Assembly: GCA_963845085.1 (NCBI GenBank)
Contig: CAWJQI010000004.1
Coordinates: 256,001-320,000 of the forward strand
DNA from: Candidatus Fermentibacterota bacterium
GTDB taxonomy: Bacteria; Fermentibacterota; Fermentibacteria; Fermentibacterales; JCC-6
Length of the DNA stretch: 64,000 bases
Reading direction: 5' to 3'
Shown: positions 38,604 through 47,870 of the stretch, piece by piece
How the letters are laid out: each line of letters starts with the position of its first letter
Numbering within the stretch: position 1 is the first letter of the stretch
Position numbers and translations under genes: made by a program
Notes under the pieces: generated by a model
Seen by the model: the letters and a program-made list of their open reading frames with translations, nothing else
What the model was told of the DNA's origin: nothing
The model's database searches: none

Positions 38604-39708
38604 CTACGGTTTCAGCGGTCTGATGGTCCGAAGCACCGTATAGAGAAGTGCGGTCCCCCCGAATGCGGCTGCGGCGTACATTGCCCAGCCGGCTTCAGGC
38701 GAGCTTCCGATGAGCGCGAGAACCAGCGGCGATGATAACGAAGAGAATGTCGAAGTTGATTATACGGGCGAGCTTTCCCACAGGGTATTCGGCTGCCATC
38801 ACTTCGCCGTTCGCGGCGCTGAGAAGCGCCCGGTACTGCTTTCCGCCGTAGCTGTAGGAGAGGAGCCAGAGCGGAAGGTATACGAGGTCGACCTTTGAGA
38901 CCTCGACCGTGGTGTCGCAGTCGGAGATGGTCGTGGCACAGCTCTCCGCCCTCTTTGCGTGGCGGTCGATTATGCGGCTCCGCGCGTTGGCCTCGGCCCT
39001 TTCCTGGGTGATCTGGCCGTTTACCAGGTTCTTCTCCATCCCCGATTCCTTCACCTTGTCGATCGAGAAGGGAACGGTTCCCTCGAGAAGGTTCCTGTTG
39101 GGGGCCGCCGCGCTGCCGCCGAGTTTGAGGAAGAACTTGCCCCAGTCGGCGTGGACGTTCAGCTTCCCTGGCTCAAGCATGTCTATGCCCCAGAACTCGG
39201 TAGTTTTCTCCCTGGCGTAGACGGGCCATGTGAAGTCCTCGGTGAACCGGCCGCTCGCGGGCTCCCAGTAGGTTTCCGTCTTCTTGCTGTCGCCGGTGCC
39301 GACCGTTCTGGTCTTCCTGTTCTGCCCCCGCCAGGAGGTGGAGGCATGCGAAGTGACAATCCAGTAGGGGAGCACCAGAGGCTGGTCGTCTTTGATTGAG
39401 GCCGCTGCGGGAAGGTCTTTCGGCTTCCGGAAGCCCTTCTGCATCCACTTGCGGAGGGCTGTGCCGGCCATGCCGGCGTTGAGTTCGGGGCTGAGCATGT
39501 AGTGCGAATCAACCCTGATAATGTTGTCGAGCCCTGCGAGCATGGTCGTTGTTCCGCAGTAGGAACAGGTTATGACCGCCTCGCCCTCCATGTAGGACAG
39601 CGGCGCCCCGCAGTTGGAGCAGCTGATCTCCTTCCCGTTGAGGGCCGATTTCTTAGGCTGCTGGGAAGTATCCTGCTGAACGTTTTCCTGGACGGTTCCC
39701 TCTTCCAC
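38604..39708 (-). CDS. Zn-ribbon membrane protein (CSNCG...CSYCG); single-base frameshift near 38724
   Basis: GTG start at 39708; Zn ribbon, LPYW and YLPLW..Y.YGGK.Y. Removing one base restores a C-terminal TM hairpin (VLALIG...AMYAAAAFGGTALLY) and a TAG 6 nt before the next gene's start. Confidence 0.7.
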
Positions 39709-39799
39709 GACTCCACCCCTTTTCACATGCATTTCATGGCTGGTTTTCCGAATTATGACGCGGAAAGACGAAAAGGAAAAGGGGAAGGGCTCTGAGGGC

Positions 39800-39829
39800 A
39801 AAGGAAAGGGGGCGCCGGATGGCGCCCCC
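39800..39829 (-). terminator. Intrinsic terminator after the porin gene
   Basis: Minus strand reads GGGGGCGCC-ATCC-GGCGCCCCC followed by TTTCCTTT. Confidence 0.75.
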
Positions 39830-39845
39830 GAAGGTTCGGAAATGG

Positions 39846-40904
39846 CTAGAAGTTCATCCGCCAGTTGGCGTAGATGTCGGTGTAGCCTTCGAGCATTCTC
39901 ATCCTCGAAGCCGTAGTTGCGGCCGCCGAGCTGAAGCGTGTTCTTCTCGCTGAAGAGGTCGAGGTTCACGCAGAAGTCGATGGCGGTGGAGTTGTCTTCA
40001 GTTTCCTCGCCATATGCCATCGGGCTGAACGTCTCGTAGCGAAGGGCCGGGCGGACCGCCTGGATGGCGTCGGAACCGGTTTCGAAGTTGACGTCGAGCG
40101 CGAAGATCATGGCGCTGCCGTCGATCTGGTCGACGCCTTCAACTTCGGCGCCAACCTGGCCGAGGCTGAGGTACTCGCCCGAGAACTGGAGGCCGACGGT
40201 TTCGGCCACGGGGTACTTGGCAACGGCGTAGGCGTCGATGCCCATGCTGCTCCAGCTGTCAACGGTGATTGTTGTCAAGAATCAATAACAACCTCATGCT
40301 CAGGCGCGCCGACCATGGCAACGCTGGCGCCGACATTCAGCCACTCCATGGGGCTTGCAACAGCCCTGGCGGTGAACTGGTTGTTTACGTTGTTCTCGGC
40401 AGTGTTGTTGTCGCCGGTGCCGTTGGTGAGTGCGAGGTCGAAATCGACGGCGTCGAGGTCGACGACGAGGCAGGCGCCTATGTCACGGCCGCCGTAAACA
40501 TTGAAGTTGGGGTGGCCGGCGGTTGCGGCCCTGCTGCCGAACGGCATGGTGCTGCTGGGAAGGGTGTAGGCGTAGCCGAAGGGCACCTTGAACTGGCCGC
40601 CCCTGAGGGCCACGTTCTCGGTGAGGTGGAGGTTGAGGAAAAGGTCGGTGAGCTTGAAGTTGCCGCTGTTGCTGTAGAGCTCGATGGAGAACTGGCCGTC
40701 GACGTACTCGTTGAGGGTGGGAAGCCAGTCGATGATGGCGCATGAGCTCATGTTGTTGTCGGGATCAATGTTCTCGGTTCCGTAAAAATCCCACCTGAAG
40801 CTGCCCGTTCCCTTGAACTTGAGAAGCTCGGACCCCCCGGTGGAGAACTCACCGGCTGCGAATGCCAGCGCGCTGAGAATCATGACGAATGCAAGTGCCT
40901 TCAT
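39846..40904 (-). CDS. Outer membrane porin (OprO/P-like), interrupted by indels near 40277 and 39891
   Basis: Signal peptide MKALAFVMILSALAFA; GQFKVPFG and GRDIG porin motifs. Frame-corrected C-terminus is EGYTDIYANWRMNF-TAG (terminal Phe), followed by a terminator. Confidence 0.75.
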
Positions 40905-40960
40905 TCTATTCAGCCCCTTCTGTTCGATGATTGCCGGTCTTCCGGCGAACACTCGGCGGG

Positions 40961-40990
40961 ATTATATATGCTTTGAATGCAACCCTGCAA
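40961..40990 (-). promoter_or_regulatory. Sigma70-like promoter for the porin
   Basis: Minus strand TTGCAG, 18-nt spacer, TATAAT. Confidence 0.4.
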
Positions 40991-41024
40991 GTCAACACGC
41001 TTCATATCGTTGGGAGACAACCTG

Positions 41025-41867
41025 ATGACCGGAATGCCCCCTGCCGTCTTTCTTCTGTTCGCGGGCCTTTTCGGCCTTGCCGTGGGAAGTTTCCTCAATG
41101 TGGTCGCATGGAGGGTGCCGCTCGGCCGGTCGATAGTGCGCCCCGGCAGCGCCTGCCCGTCCTGCGGAACGCCCATCGCGCCGCATGACAACATTCCGGT
41201 TCTCAGCTGGCTTCTTCTCAGGGGAAAATGCCGTTCCTGCGGGGCTTCGATATCGATCCTGTACCCGCTTGTCGAACTCGCCACCGGGCTCATATTCTTG
41301 GCGGCCGCCCTCAAAACGGGCATGACGCCCCTCTTCCTTCACCACGCAGTCTTCCTCGCGCTGATGGTTCTCGCCCTGAGAACCGACCTCGAACACTTCA
41401 TCATCCTTGATTCGGTTTCGGTCGGGGGAACAGCCGCAGGGCTCTGTCTTTCACTCGTTCCGGGCGCACCCGGCATAATCCCGGCCCTTCTCTCAGCGGG
41501 CGGGGCCTTTCTGTTCTTCCTTCTCATAAGGGCCTTCTCGGTCGCGTACCTGAGGTCGCGGAAGGTAAGGGTCGAGGCGCCCGAGGGGTTCGAGGACGAG
41601 GAGGAGGATTTCCAGTCAGGGCTGGGCTGGGGTGACGTGAAGCTTGCCGCCTGCCTGGGCGCTTTCCTCGGCCCCGGACCGGGAACGGCCGGGCTCTTCA
41701 TCTCGTTCCTTTTCGGGGCCTTGACCGGCGTTGTCATACTTCTCAGGGGGGGCCGCCGGACGAGGCCGATACCGTTCGGCCCCTTCATGGCGGTCGGGGG
41801 GGCGGCAGCGCTCTTCTTCGGCGAAACCCTCTGGAATGCCTACAGCGGCTTCGGGTTCTACCGCTGA
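41025..41867 (+). CDS. pilD: Prepilin peptidase (A24)
   Basis: GSFLNVV, SACPSC...NIPVLSWLLLRGKCRSC, GWGDVKL and IPFGPFM. Confidence 0.93.
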   Translation: MTGMPPAVFLLFAGLFGLAVGSFLNVVAWRVPLGRSIVRPGSACPSCGTPIAPHDNIPVLSWLLLRGKCRSCGASISILYPLVELATGLIFLAAALKTGMTPLFLHHAVFLALMVLALRTDLEHFIILDSVSVGGTAAGLCLSLVPGAPGIIPALLSAGGAFLFFLLIRAFSVAYLRSRKVRVEAPEGFEDEEEDFQSGLGWGDVKLAACLGAFLGPGPGTAGLFISFLFGALTGVVILLRGGRRTRPIPFGPFMAVGGAAALFFGETLWNAYSGFGFYR

Positions 41868-42802
41868 AGCATGAACAGCCTTCCCATCCCGGGGCTTGTC
41901 ACCACCGCACGGGTGGAGTTGTCGTTCACGGCCATGTCGGCCGGAGCGCCGTAGGTTGAGGCCTGAGCCTCGATGGTGTTGTCAAGCGAGTTCACAACGA
42001 CTATCCCGTAACCCGGCACCGAGGCGTAGATGTAGTTGCCGTCGCCGGTCGTGCACACCGCCTCCCCTGCGGCGGGAATGTCGAAACCCCCGGAATGAAG
42101 GCCGGTGTTCACGTCGACCGCCCACACCTGTGATACGCCCTCGACTGTCATGAACATCTCCTGACCCGGGCCGGCGCATATGTCGGTGACGGTTCCGGGC
42201 GCCTGGAACATCGATTCGGCGGAAAGATCGACCATGGAAACCCTGTACACATTGCCCTGGGCATCGGCTGCGAAGAAGTAACGGCCGTCGGAGCACACTG
42301 CGGCGGCTGTCGGCCCCTGCACTCCGGTCTGCCCCTCGATGGTGATCTGCCAGTCGAGCGTGCTTACCTCGACCGCCGTACCATTGCTGCAGAGCACTGC
42401 GATCGTGCCCGATTCGGGCTTTGGAAGGATGAAGGCGCCTCCGGACGGAAGTGCTACCGAAGGCCGCTGTATGTACGTTTCGTTGCTCACGACATGAAGT
42501 TCCGGGCCGGACAGCGCAAGGCCGTACCCGCCGTCGGGACTCGATGCCGCATGGCCAATGGTCACCCCGAGATCGACCTCGGCCTTCACATACCCGGCCT
42601 CGCGGTCGATGAAGAGGAGCTTCTCGCCGGCCGCCGCAAGGGCGTCGCCCTGTTGGCCGAGAAAGCAGCAACTCCCGACCGACTCGCCAGTTTCCACGTC
42701 CATCAGATAGTTGAGCGGGAAATCGATTGTGAAGGAGGGTGACGAAGTGCCGCAACCAAGCCCCATTGCAAGAGCGGCAAGTGCAAACGAAAGCCTTTTC
42801 AT
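41858..42802 (-). CDS. YncE-like beta-propeller lipoprotein
   Basis: Lipobox GLGC after MKRLSFALAALAM; repeated SPDG, SDGRY and TGDGNY blades. Confidence 0.7.
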   Translation of the reverse strand: MKRLSFALAALAMGLGCGTSSPSFTIDFPLNYLMDVETGESVGSCCFLGQQGDALAAAGEKLLFIDREAGYVKAEVDLGVTIGHAASSPDGGYGLALSGPELHVVSNETYIQRPSVALPSGGAFILPKPESGTIAVLCSNGTAVEVSTLDWQITIEGQTGVQGPTAAAVCSDGRYFFAADAQGNVYRVSMVDLSAESMFQAPGTVTDICAGPGQEMFMTVEGVSQVWAVDVNTGLHSGGFDIPAAGEAVCTTGDGNYIYASVPGYGIVVVNSLDNTIEAQASTYGAPADMAVNDNSTRAVVTSPGMGRLFMLQR

Positions 42803-43605
42803 GACTGCTCCTCGAGTATTCTTCCCATGGCCGCGGCATCGAGCGCGGCGCGGCCCATGTGACAGTTGTTGAAGAAAACATAAGCGCCCCCGCTGCTTCG
42901 GGCCATCGCCCCTGCTCTCCCCGCCCATTCGCGGAGTTCAAAGGGGGTGTAGCCGTAGTCGTACCGCTTCGCTCCGCCGCCCCACCAGTCCGCCTTGTTG
43001 CGCCCGTGCAGTCTGGCGTATTCGAAGCCTCCCGTCACGGGAAGGTCGGGCCCCGGAAGCCCCGGAAGGGCCGGAAGATCGACCGCCACGGGTGAGAAGC
43101 CGGCCTCGACGACCTGTTCCAGCACATCGCGCGAGTACCAGCGTTCGTGTCTGAACTCGGCGGCGGCTGGAAGATCGCCGAGTTTTTCCCTCATTATCGA
43201 AAGCATCGCGAAGCTTTCCCGGGAAAGAGGCAGCGACCACGGAAACTGGGCAAGCACCGGCCCGAGGCAGCCCGCTTCGCGGAGCGGCCCGAGCATTGCG
43301 TGGAACGCCTTCCAATCGGCGTCGCCGGCGTTCCTTTCGTGCGTCATCCCGGAATGGAGTTTCACGCAGAAGATGAACCCCGGCGGCACGGCGCCGACCA
43401 TCCCGGCCGTGGACGAGGGGGGGAGGATGCGGTAATAGCTTGCGTTTATCTCGAGCGAGTTGAAGCGCGAGGCGTAGAAGGCGAGCTGGTTCTTCTTCGG
43501 CAGCCCTGCGGGATAGAACACCCCGGCCCAGTCCGGGAAGGAGAAGCCCGAGGTTCCAAGCCTGACCCCGGACGGGTTCACGGCGCTCCGGCTGAAAAGG
43601 TCCAT
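42799..43605 (-). CDS. DUF72 (YecE/YunF) family protein
   Basis: GTSGFSFPDW, LEINASYY, EFRH..W, YARLHGRN, YDYGY and YVFFNN. Confidence 0.92.
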   Translation of the reverse strand: MDLFSRSAVNPSGVRLGTSGFSFPDWAGVFYPAGLPKKNQLAFYASRFNSLEINASYYRILPPSSTAGMVGAVPPGFIFCVKLHSGMTHERNAGDADWKAFHAMLGPLREAGCLGPVLAQFPWSLPLSRESFAMLSIMREKLGDLPAAAEFRHERWYSRDVLEQVVEAGFSPVAVDLPALPGLPGPDLPVTGGFEYARLHGRNKADWWGGGAKRYDYGYTPFELREWAGRAGAMARSSGGAYVFFNNCHMGRAALDAAAMGRILEEQS

Positions 43606-43617
43606 CGAATGCCCCCT

Positions 43618-44775
43618 CTACAGTGGTGAATATAGGGCCCTTGCACTTGATATGACCCTTTCGCCGTACATGCCCCGCACCTGGTCGGCGGCGCGGTTCA
43701 ACGCTTCGGTGCCTTCGGGGAAAAGGCTGAGCTGGGCCTGGCCCGAAGGTTCAAGGTCGGATATGGAAACACCGATAAGGCGGATCGGGGTTTTCACCGC
43801 TGCAAGCGCCATGTCCATCGCCACGCGGAAAAGTGTCTGGTCCTGGTCGCTTGGAGCGGAGAGGGGTCTTCTCACGGAGAGGCGCTTCAGGTTTCGAAGG
43901 CGGTACTTCAGGGTGAGGGTGCGCCCTCGGAAGCCGGAATCGCGCGCGCGCCTGGCCGTTTTCTGGCAGACCCTGGAAAGGGCCGGAAGGTACTCGGAAG
44001 GGGTGAGCACGTCTCGCGAGAACGTGTGCTCGTGCCCTATGGACTTCGGGGGCTCGCTTTGGCCGAAGGGCTGCACCGGCCTGTCATCGTGGCCGCGGGC
44101 CTGCAGGTAAAGCTCTTCGCCGTGGATTCCCAGAACGGCCCGAAGCTGCCCCCGGGAAAGGTTTCTCAGCTTCCCGATCGTGTCAACACCGAGCGAGCAG
44201 AGCTTGACCGAGGTTTCCGGGCCGACGCCCCATATGGCCGAGACTGAAAGCGGCGGCATGCCGTCCGGCTCGAGGAGGGCGACGCCCCTGGGTTTGGCCA
44301 GTTTGGAAGCCATCTTGGCGAGAAGCCTGTTGGGGCCGCATCCCACGCTGGCCCAAAGCCCCACCTCGCGGTAGACTGCCTCCTGTACGGCCCCGCCCTT
44401 CAACTTTATGCCGCCCGGAAGCGCCGTAACATCCATGAAGGCTTCGTCGATGCTGGCGGCATGCACAAGCGGTGTGAACCTGAGAAGCACCCTGAGAATT
44501 CTCTCGGTGTACGTCTGGTAGCGCCCGAAACTTCCCTGGAGCACCGCTGCGCCCGGAGCGAGACGAAGGGCCCTTGCCATGGGCATTCCGGCATGAACCC
44601 CGAGGGCCCGGGCCTCGTAGGTGCAGGAGGTGACCACGGAGCGGAAGCCGGGGTCGCCCCCGACTATCACGGGCCTGCCCTTCAGCTCCTCGCGGCCCAG
44701 CAGCTCGATGGAGGCGAAGTAGGCGTCCATGTCGACATGAAGGATGTGCCTCTCAGGCGCCGGGCGAGTAGGCAT
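43618..44775 (-). CDS. dinB: DNA polymerase IV (Y family)
   Basis: HVDMDAYFAS, YEARALGV, SIDEAFMD, LAKMASKLAKP and KSIGHEHTF. Confidence 0.95.
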   Translation of the reverse strand: MPTRPAPERHILHVDMDAYFASIELLGREELKGRPVIVGGDPGFRSVVTSCTYEARALGVHAGMPMARALRLAPGAAVLQGSFGRYQTYTERILRVLLRFTPLVHAASIDEAFMDVTALPGGIKLKGGAVQEAVYREVGLWASVGCGPNRLLAKMASKLAKPRGVALLEPDGMPPLSVSAIWGVGPETSVKLCSLGVDTIGKLRNLSRGQLRAVLGIHGEELYLQARGHDDRPVQPFGQSEPPKSIGHEHTFSRDVLTPSEYLPALSRVCQKTARRARDSGFRGRTLTLKYRLRNLKRLSVRRPLSAPSDQDQTLFRVAMDMALAAVKTPIRLIGVSISDLEPSGQAQLSLFPEGTEALNRAADQVRGMYGERVISSARALYSPL

Positions 44776-45016
44776 AGTCAACCGTCCAGCCCAGGGTGTG
44801 GGTGTTGAAACTGATCTCGTACACGTCCCCGGCGGATGTGCGCACCACGAAATGGTAGTTCATTATTCCGCCCCGGCGGCTTTCCCAGGAGGATGAAACC
44901 CTTGCAACCCTGTATACCTGCCCCTTCCACCGGAAGCGGCATGGAACGACCCTTCCGCTCTGGAAGTGGCCTATCATCTCTATGGGTTCGCCAAGTTCCT
45001 GCACCGCCTTCACCAT
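44753..45016 (-). CDS. Small DUF6504-like protein
   Basis: 87 aa; P.RFRWKGQVYRV...W...HFVVRT..G.VYEI....GW pattern; GGAAGG RBS; overlaps dinB. Confidence 0.7.
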   Translation of the reverse strand: MVKAVQELGEPIEMIGHFQSGRVVPCRFRWKGQVYRVARVSSSWESRRGGIMNYHFVVRTSAGDVYEISFNTHTLGWTVDYAYSPGA

Positions 45017-45028
45017 CCTTCCGACCGA

Positions 45029-45057
45029 AGAATGGTGAACTTATGTTTACATGTCAA
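45029..45057 (-). promoter_or_regulatory. Sigma70 promoter with an SOS-box-like palindrome in the spacer
   Basis: Minus strand TTGACA (45057-45052), 17 nt, CATTCT (45034-45029). The spacer holds GTAAAC-ATAA-GTTCAC (45035-45050). Confidence 0.65.
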
Positions 45058-45322
45058 GCTCCCGGGCGGGAAGAATTCCTGCGGGTCAAAACGATGAAAA
45101 CCCCGGAAGAAGCGGCAGAACGACTACCATGGCACACAGGGCTGCAGTGACGGCGCTGTCCCGGGGCATCGGTTTCCTTTCCGCTTCCCGGTGTGCACGG
45201 ATTTCATCAGTATGCATTGCAGGGAAATATGCAGCGGGTTGCGCTTTACGGCAGCTTTCGGCATTGCTTGCGCGGAGCCTGCTTTAATGCTCTTGAAGAG
45301 GGGGTCCGAAACCGCTCGGGCA

Positions 45323-46090
45323 TCAGACGGAACTGCCCCGCCTTCCTCCCAGTGCCCGGCGCAGCCGCACGATGTCCCTTACGGCCCTTGGAACCCTTTT
45401 TACGAGCGGAAGGGGCGTTGTTCTTATCTCCCTGAGGTGAATGGGGATCTCCCTTATCCTGATCCCCCTTCTCTGGGCTCTTATCACAAGCTCCGTCGGA
45501 AAAAGGTCCAGCTCGAAGGTGCACTCGGGCAGGACCGGTGTCATTGCGCTCCGGAACATCACTTTGGGCCCGTGTGTGTCGGTTCCCCTGTAACCGAGCA
45601 AAGCCCTGAGAAGGAAGGTCAGCGTGAGTGTGGCCGCCCTTCGAAGCAGGGGGCGCGCATCGCCCCTGCCCGCAAGCACCTTGGAGCCTTGGACAAGGTC
45701 CACACCGCCGCCCGAAAGAATTGAGAGCCCCCTGCCCCAGAAGTCCATGTCCAGAACATCAAGGTCATCAATGATTATCACATCACCGGTGGCTGCGGTC
45801 AGGCCGTGCTTCATGGCAAGGCCGTAGTTCGGCCTGGGAAGGGAGTCATGGCTGATGAGAGAGCCGAAGCGGGCCTCGATTTCTTTTAGGATGACCGTCG
45901 TGCGATCGGTGGAGCCGTTCTCCACGATAAATACCGAGAAGCCTGCGGGCAGGGCTTCGAGCACCGGCACGAGCTGTTCCTCAAGGATGCCCTCCTCGTT
46001 GAACACCGGGATGATTATCTGCACTGTGGCGCCGTTTGGGCGCAGCCGTTCAAGGTCCGGCATACCGGGGGCTGGCTGGGTCGTTTTCAT
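45323..46090 (-). CDS. Glycosyltransferase family 2
   Basis: IIIPVFNEE, VENGSTD, DxD-like DDLD and TDTHGPK. Confidence 0.88.
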   Translation of the reverse strand: MKTTQPAPGMPDLERLRPNGATVQIIIPVFNEEGILEEQLVPVLEALPAGFSVFIVENGSTDRTTVILKEIEARFGSLISHDSLPRPNYGLAMKHGLTAATGDVIIIDDLDVLDMDFWGRGLSILSGGGVDLVQGSKVLAGRGDARPLLRRAATLTLTFLLRALLGYRGTDTHGPKVMFRSAMTPVLPECTFELDLFPTELVIRAQRRGIRIREIPIHLREIRTTPLPLVKRVPRAVRDIVRLRRALGGRRGSSV

Positions 46091-46137
46091 AGAAAACTAA
46101 AATACACCCGGAAGGGGCTTTTTCAAAACGGAACGGC

Positions 46138-46863
46138 TCACTGCACGCACCGGTCCCTCTTGCCTTCCCGGGCGACAAGTCTCGCGATCAGAAGGCTCAT
46201 CTCGAACAGCAGGTACAGCGGAACCGCAAGGATGATCTGTGTCACCGGGTCGGGGGGGGTGAGAATGGCTGCGATTATGAGAACCCCCACGATGACATGC
46301 CTTCTGGCCTTGCCCAGTGTCTGCGGTGACACAATTCCAAGCTTCGTGAGGATCAGGATCGCCAGGGGGAGCTGAAAGGCAATGCCGAATACCATTATGA
46401 AATTGCCCAGGAAGCTGATGTAACCCGAAATGCTCCAGGTCCCCTCGATCACCCCGGTCTCGAAGCTTCGGAACAACAACAGCGTGGGTTCGAGCATGAC
46501 GAACCATCCGAAGGCAGCGCCGGCGGCGAAAAGGATCAGGCATGAGAGGACTGCGGTGAGAAAACCTCTTTTCTCGTTCCTGTAGAGCCCGGGGGCTATG
46601 AACGCCCAGATCTGGACAAAGGCCACGGGAACAGCTGCCAGAAGCCCGGCCACGAGGGAAACCTTGAGGCTGGCCGTAACCGCTTCCTCCGGTGACAACG
46701 CAAGCAGGGTTCCGCCCGCAGGCGCCGTTGCAATTCTCATGATGCGGCCGCTGAAGAAGAACGAGGCTCCCGTCGTGACAACCAGGGCAATCAGGATGAT
46801 GAACAGCCTTTTTCTGAGTTCCTCGAGGTGTTCCCAAAAGGAAACCTCCTGCTTCCCCTTCAC
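46138..46863 (-). CDS. tatC: Twin-arginine translocase subunit TatC
   Basis: HLEELRKRL, FIAPGLY..E, FQLP and AAILTPPDP. Confidence 0.95.
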   Translation of the reverse strand: MKGKQEVSFWEHLEELRKRLFIILIALVVTTGASFFFSGRIMRIATAPAGGTLLALSPEEAVTASLKVSLVAGLLAAVPVAFVQIWAFIAPGLYRNEKRGFLTAVLSCLILFAAGAAFGWFVMLEPTLLLFRSFETGVIEGTWSISGYISFLGNFIMVFGIAFQLPLAILILTKLGIVSPQTLGKARRHVIVGVLIIAAILTPPDPVTQIILAVPLYLLFEMSLLIARLVAREGKRDRCVQ

Positions 46864-47870
46864 GCCCGGATCACCCCCAGGGCTTCTTCAAGCAGCTTTT
46901 CCTCGGTATCCCGGGGAACGGCAACGAGCTCGCAGTGTTCCCATCCCCTCGGTATGACCCAGGTTCTCCCGGAACCGCCTGTCTTTTTGTCCCTGTCAAT
47001 AAGGGGCAGCACCTGGCTGGCCGATACGGGCTTCGGCAGCCGCACAGGGAGCCCCAGGGAGGCGAGCTCGCGCTCGAGTTCGCGCGCAAAGCCTTCCCCA
47101 CCGCCGATTCTGGCTGCCGCGGGGATGCCGAGCGCCACCGCCTCACCATGGGAAATGTGCAGAAGCGCCTCAAGTGCGTGACCCAGGGTGTGACCCAGGT
47201 TCAGAAGCCTCCTGTCACCCCTCTCGTGAAGGTCCTGCTCTGCGATTCGGCCCTTCACGCGCAGGCACCCGAGGACGGCACCGGTGCAATCGCCGCTCCG
47301 GAGGGCATCGAGTATGCCCCTGTCACCGATCACTGCGGTCTTGAGAACTTCGGCCCGGCCGGAACGCAGTTCATGTTCGGGAAGGGTTCCAAGGAAACTG
47401 CCGCATATGGTGACGCGTTCCGCGGGATGGAACGTGCCGGCCTGGTTCTTGACGCCGTGAAGGTTCAGGGCCGTCTTCCCCCCAAGGCATGCATCGGCCA
47501 TGCAGAGCAGCGTTGTCGGGATCAGTTCGAGGCGCACCCCCCGAAGCCATGTTGAGGCTGCCATCGCGCCGAGATCGCAGAGAGAACCCCCGCCTGCAGC
47601 GCAGATCGTGCCTTCCCTGTTCACGCCGGCCCCGGCAAATGCCTTCCAGAGCTTTTCGAGGTTGCCCGGGGTCTTGCAGGCCTCGCCGCCCTCGACCACG
47701 ACCCTGGGAATGTTCCGGAGAAGCCTGCCCCCCCACAGGGAATCCACCATCGAGTCGATCACGAGCAGGTCGGCACGGGAAACGATCTCCTCGGGGCTCG
47801 CCGCAGTCGAAACGGCAGTGGTGAGCGTTTCAACGCGCCAGTTGAACGTCAGGGGTGCCAGAATATCCAT
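46860..47870 (-). CDS. aroB: 3-dehydroquinate synthase
   Basis: GGEACK, GGG..CD, PTTLL..DA..GGKT, LNLGHTLGHALE and HGEAVA. Confidence 0.88.
   Translation of the reverse strand: MDILAPLTFNWRVETLTTAVSTAASPEEIVSRADLLVIDSMVDSLWGGRLLRNIPRVVVEGGEACKTPGNLEKLWKAFAGAGVNREGTICAAGGGSLCDLGAMAASTWLRGVRLELIPTTLLCMADACLGGKTALNLHGVKNQAGTFHPAERVTICGSFLGTLPEHELRSGRAEVLKTAVIGDRGILDALRSGDCTGAVLGCLRVKGRIAEQDLHERGDRRLLNLGHTLGHALEALLHISHGEAVALGIPAAARIGGGEGFARELERELASLGLPVRLPKPVSASQVLPLIDRDKKTGGSGRTWVIPRGWEHCELVAVPRDTEEKLLEEALGVIRA

Noticed and set aside
38695..40278. 527-aa ORF that looks like a porin / Zn-ribbon fusion
   Set aside because: It is an artefact of the indel near 39891. The reading runs through the porin's true stop, its terminator and the intergenic DNA into the next gene.
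40270..40285. prfB-like programmed frameshift at TCT-TGA-C in the porin gene, or a second Sec codon
   Set aside because: The continuation needs a -1 shift, not +1 or read-through. There is no Cys context or SECIS-like hairpin, and the same gene has a second indel.
45060..45320. 260-bp intergenic region as a possible sRNA or small gene
   Set aside because: There is no convincing RBS-led ORF, stable recognisable fold or terminator.
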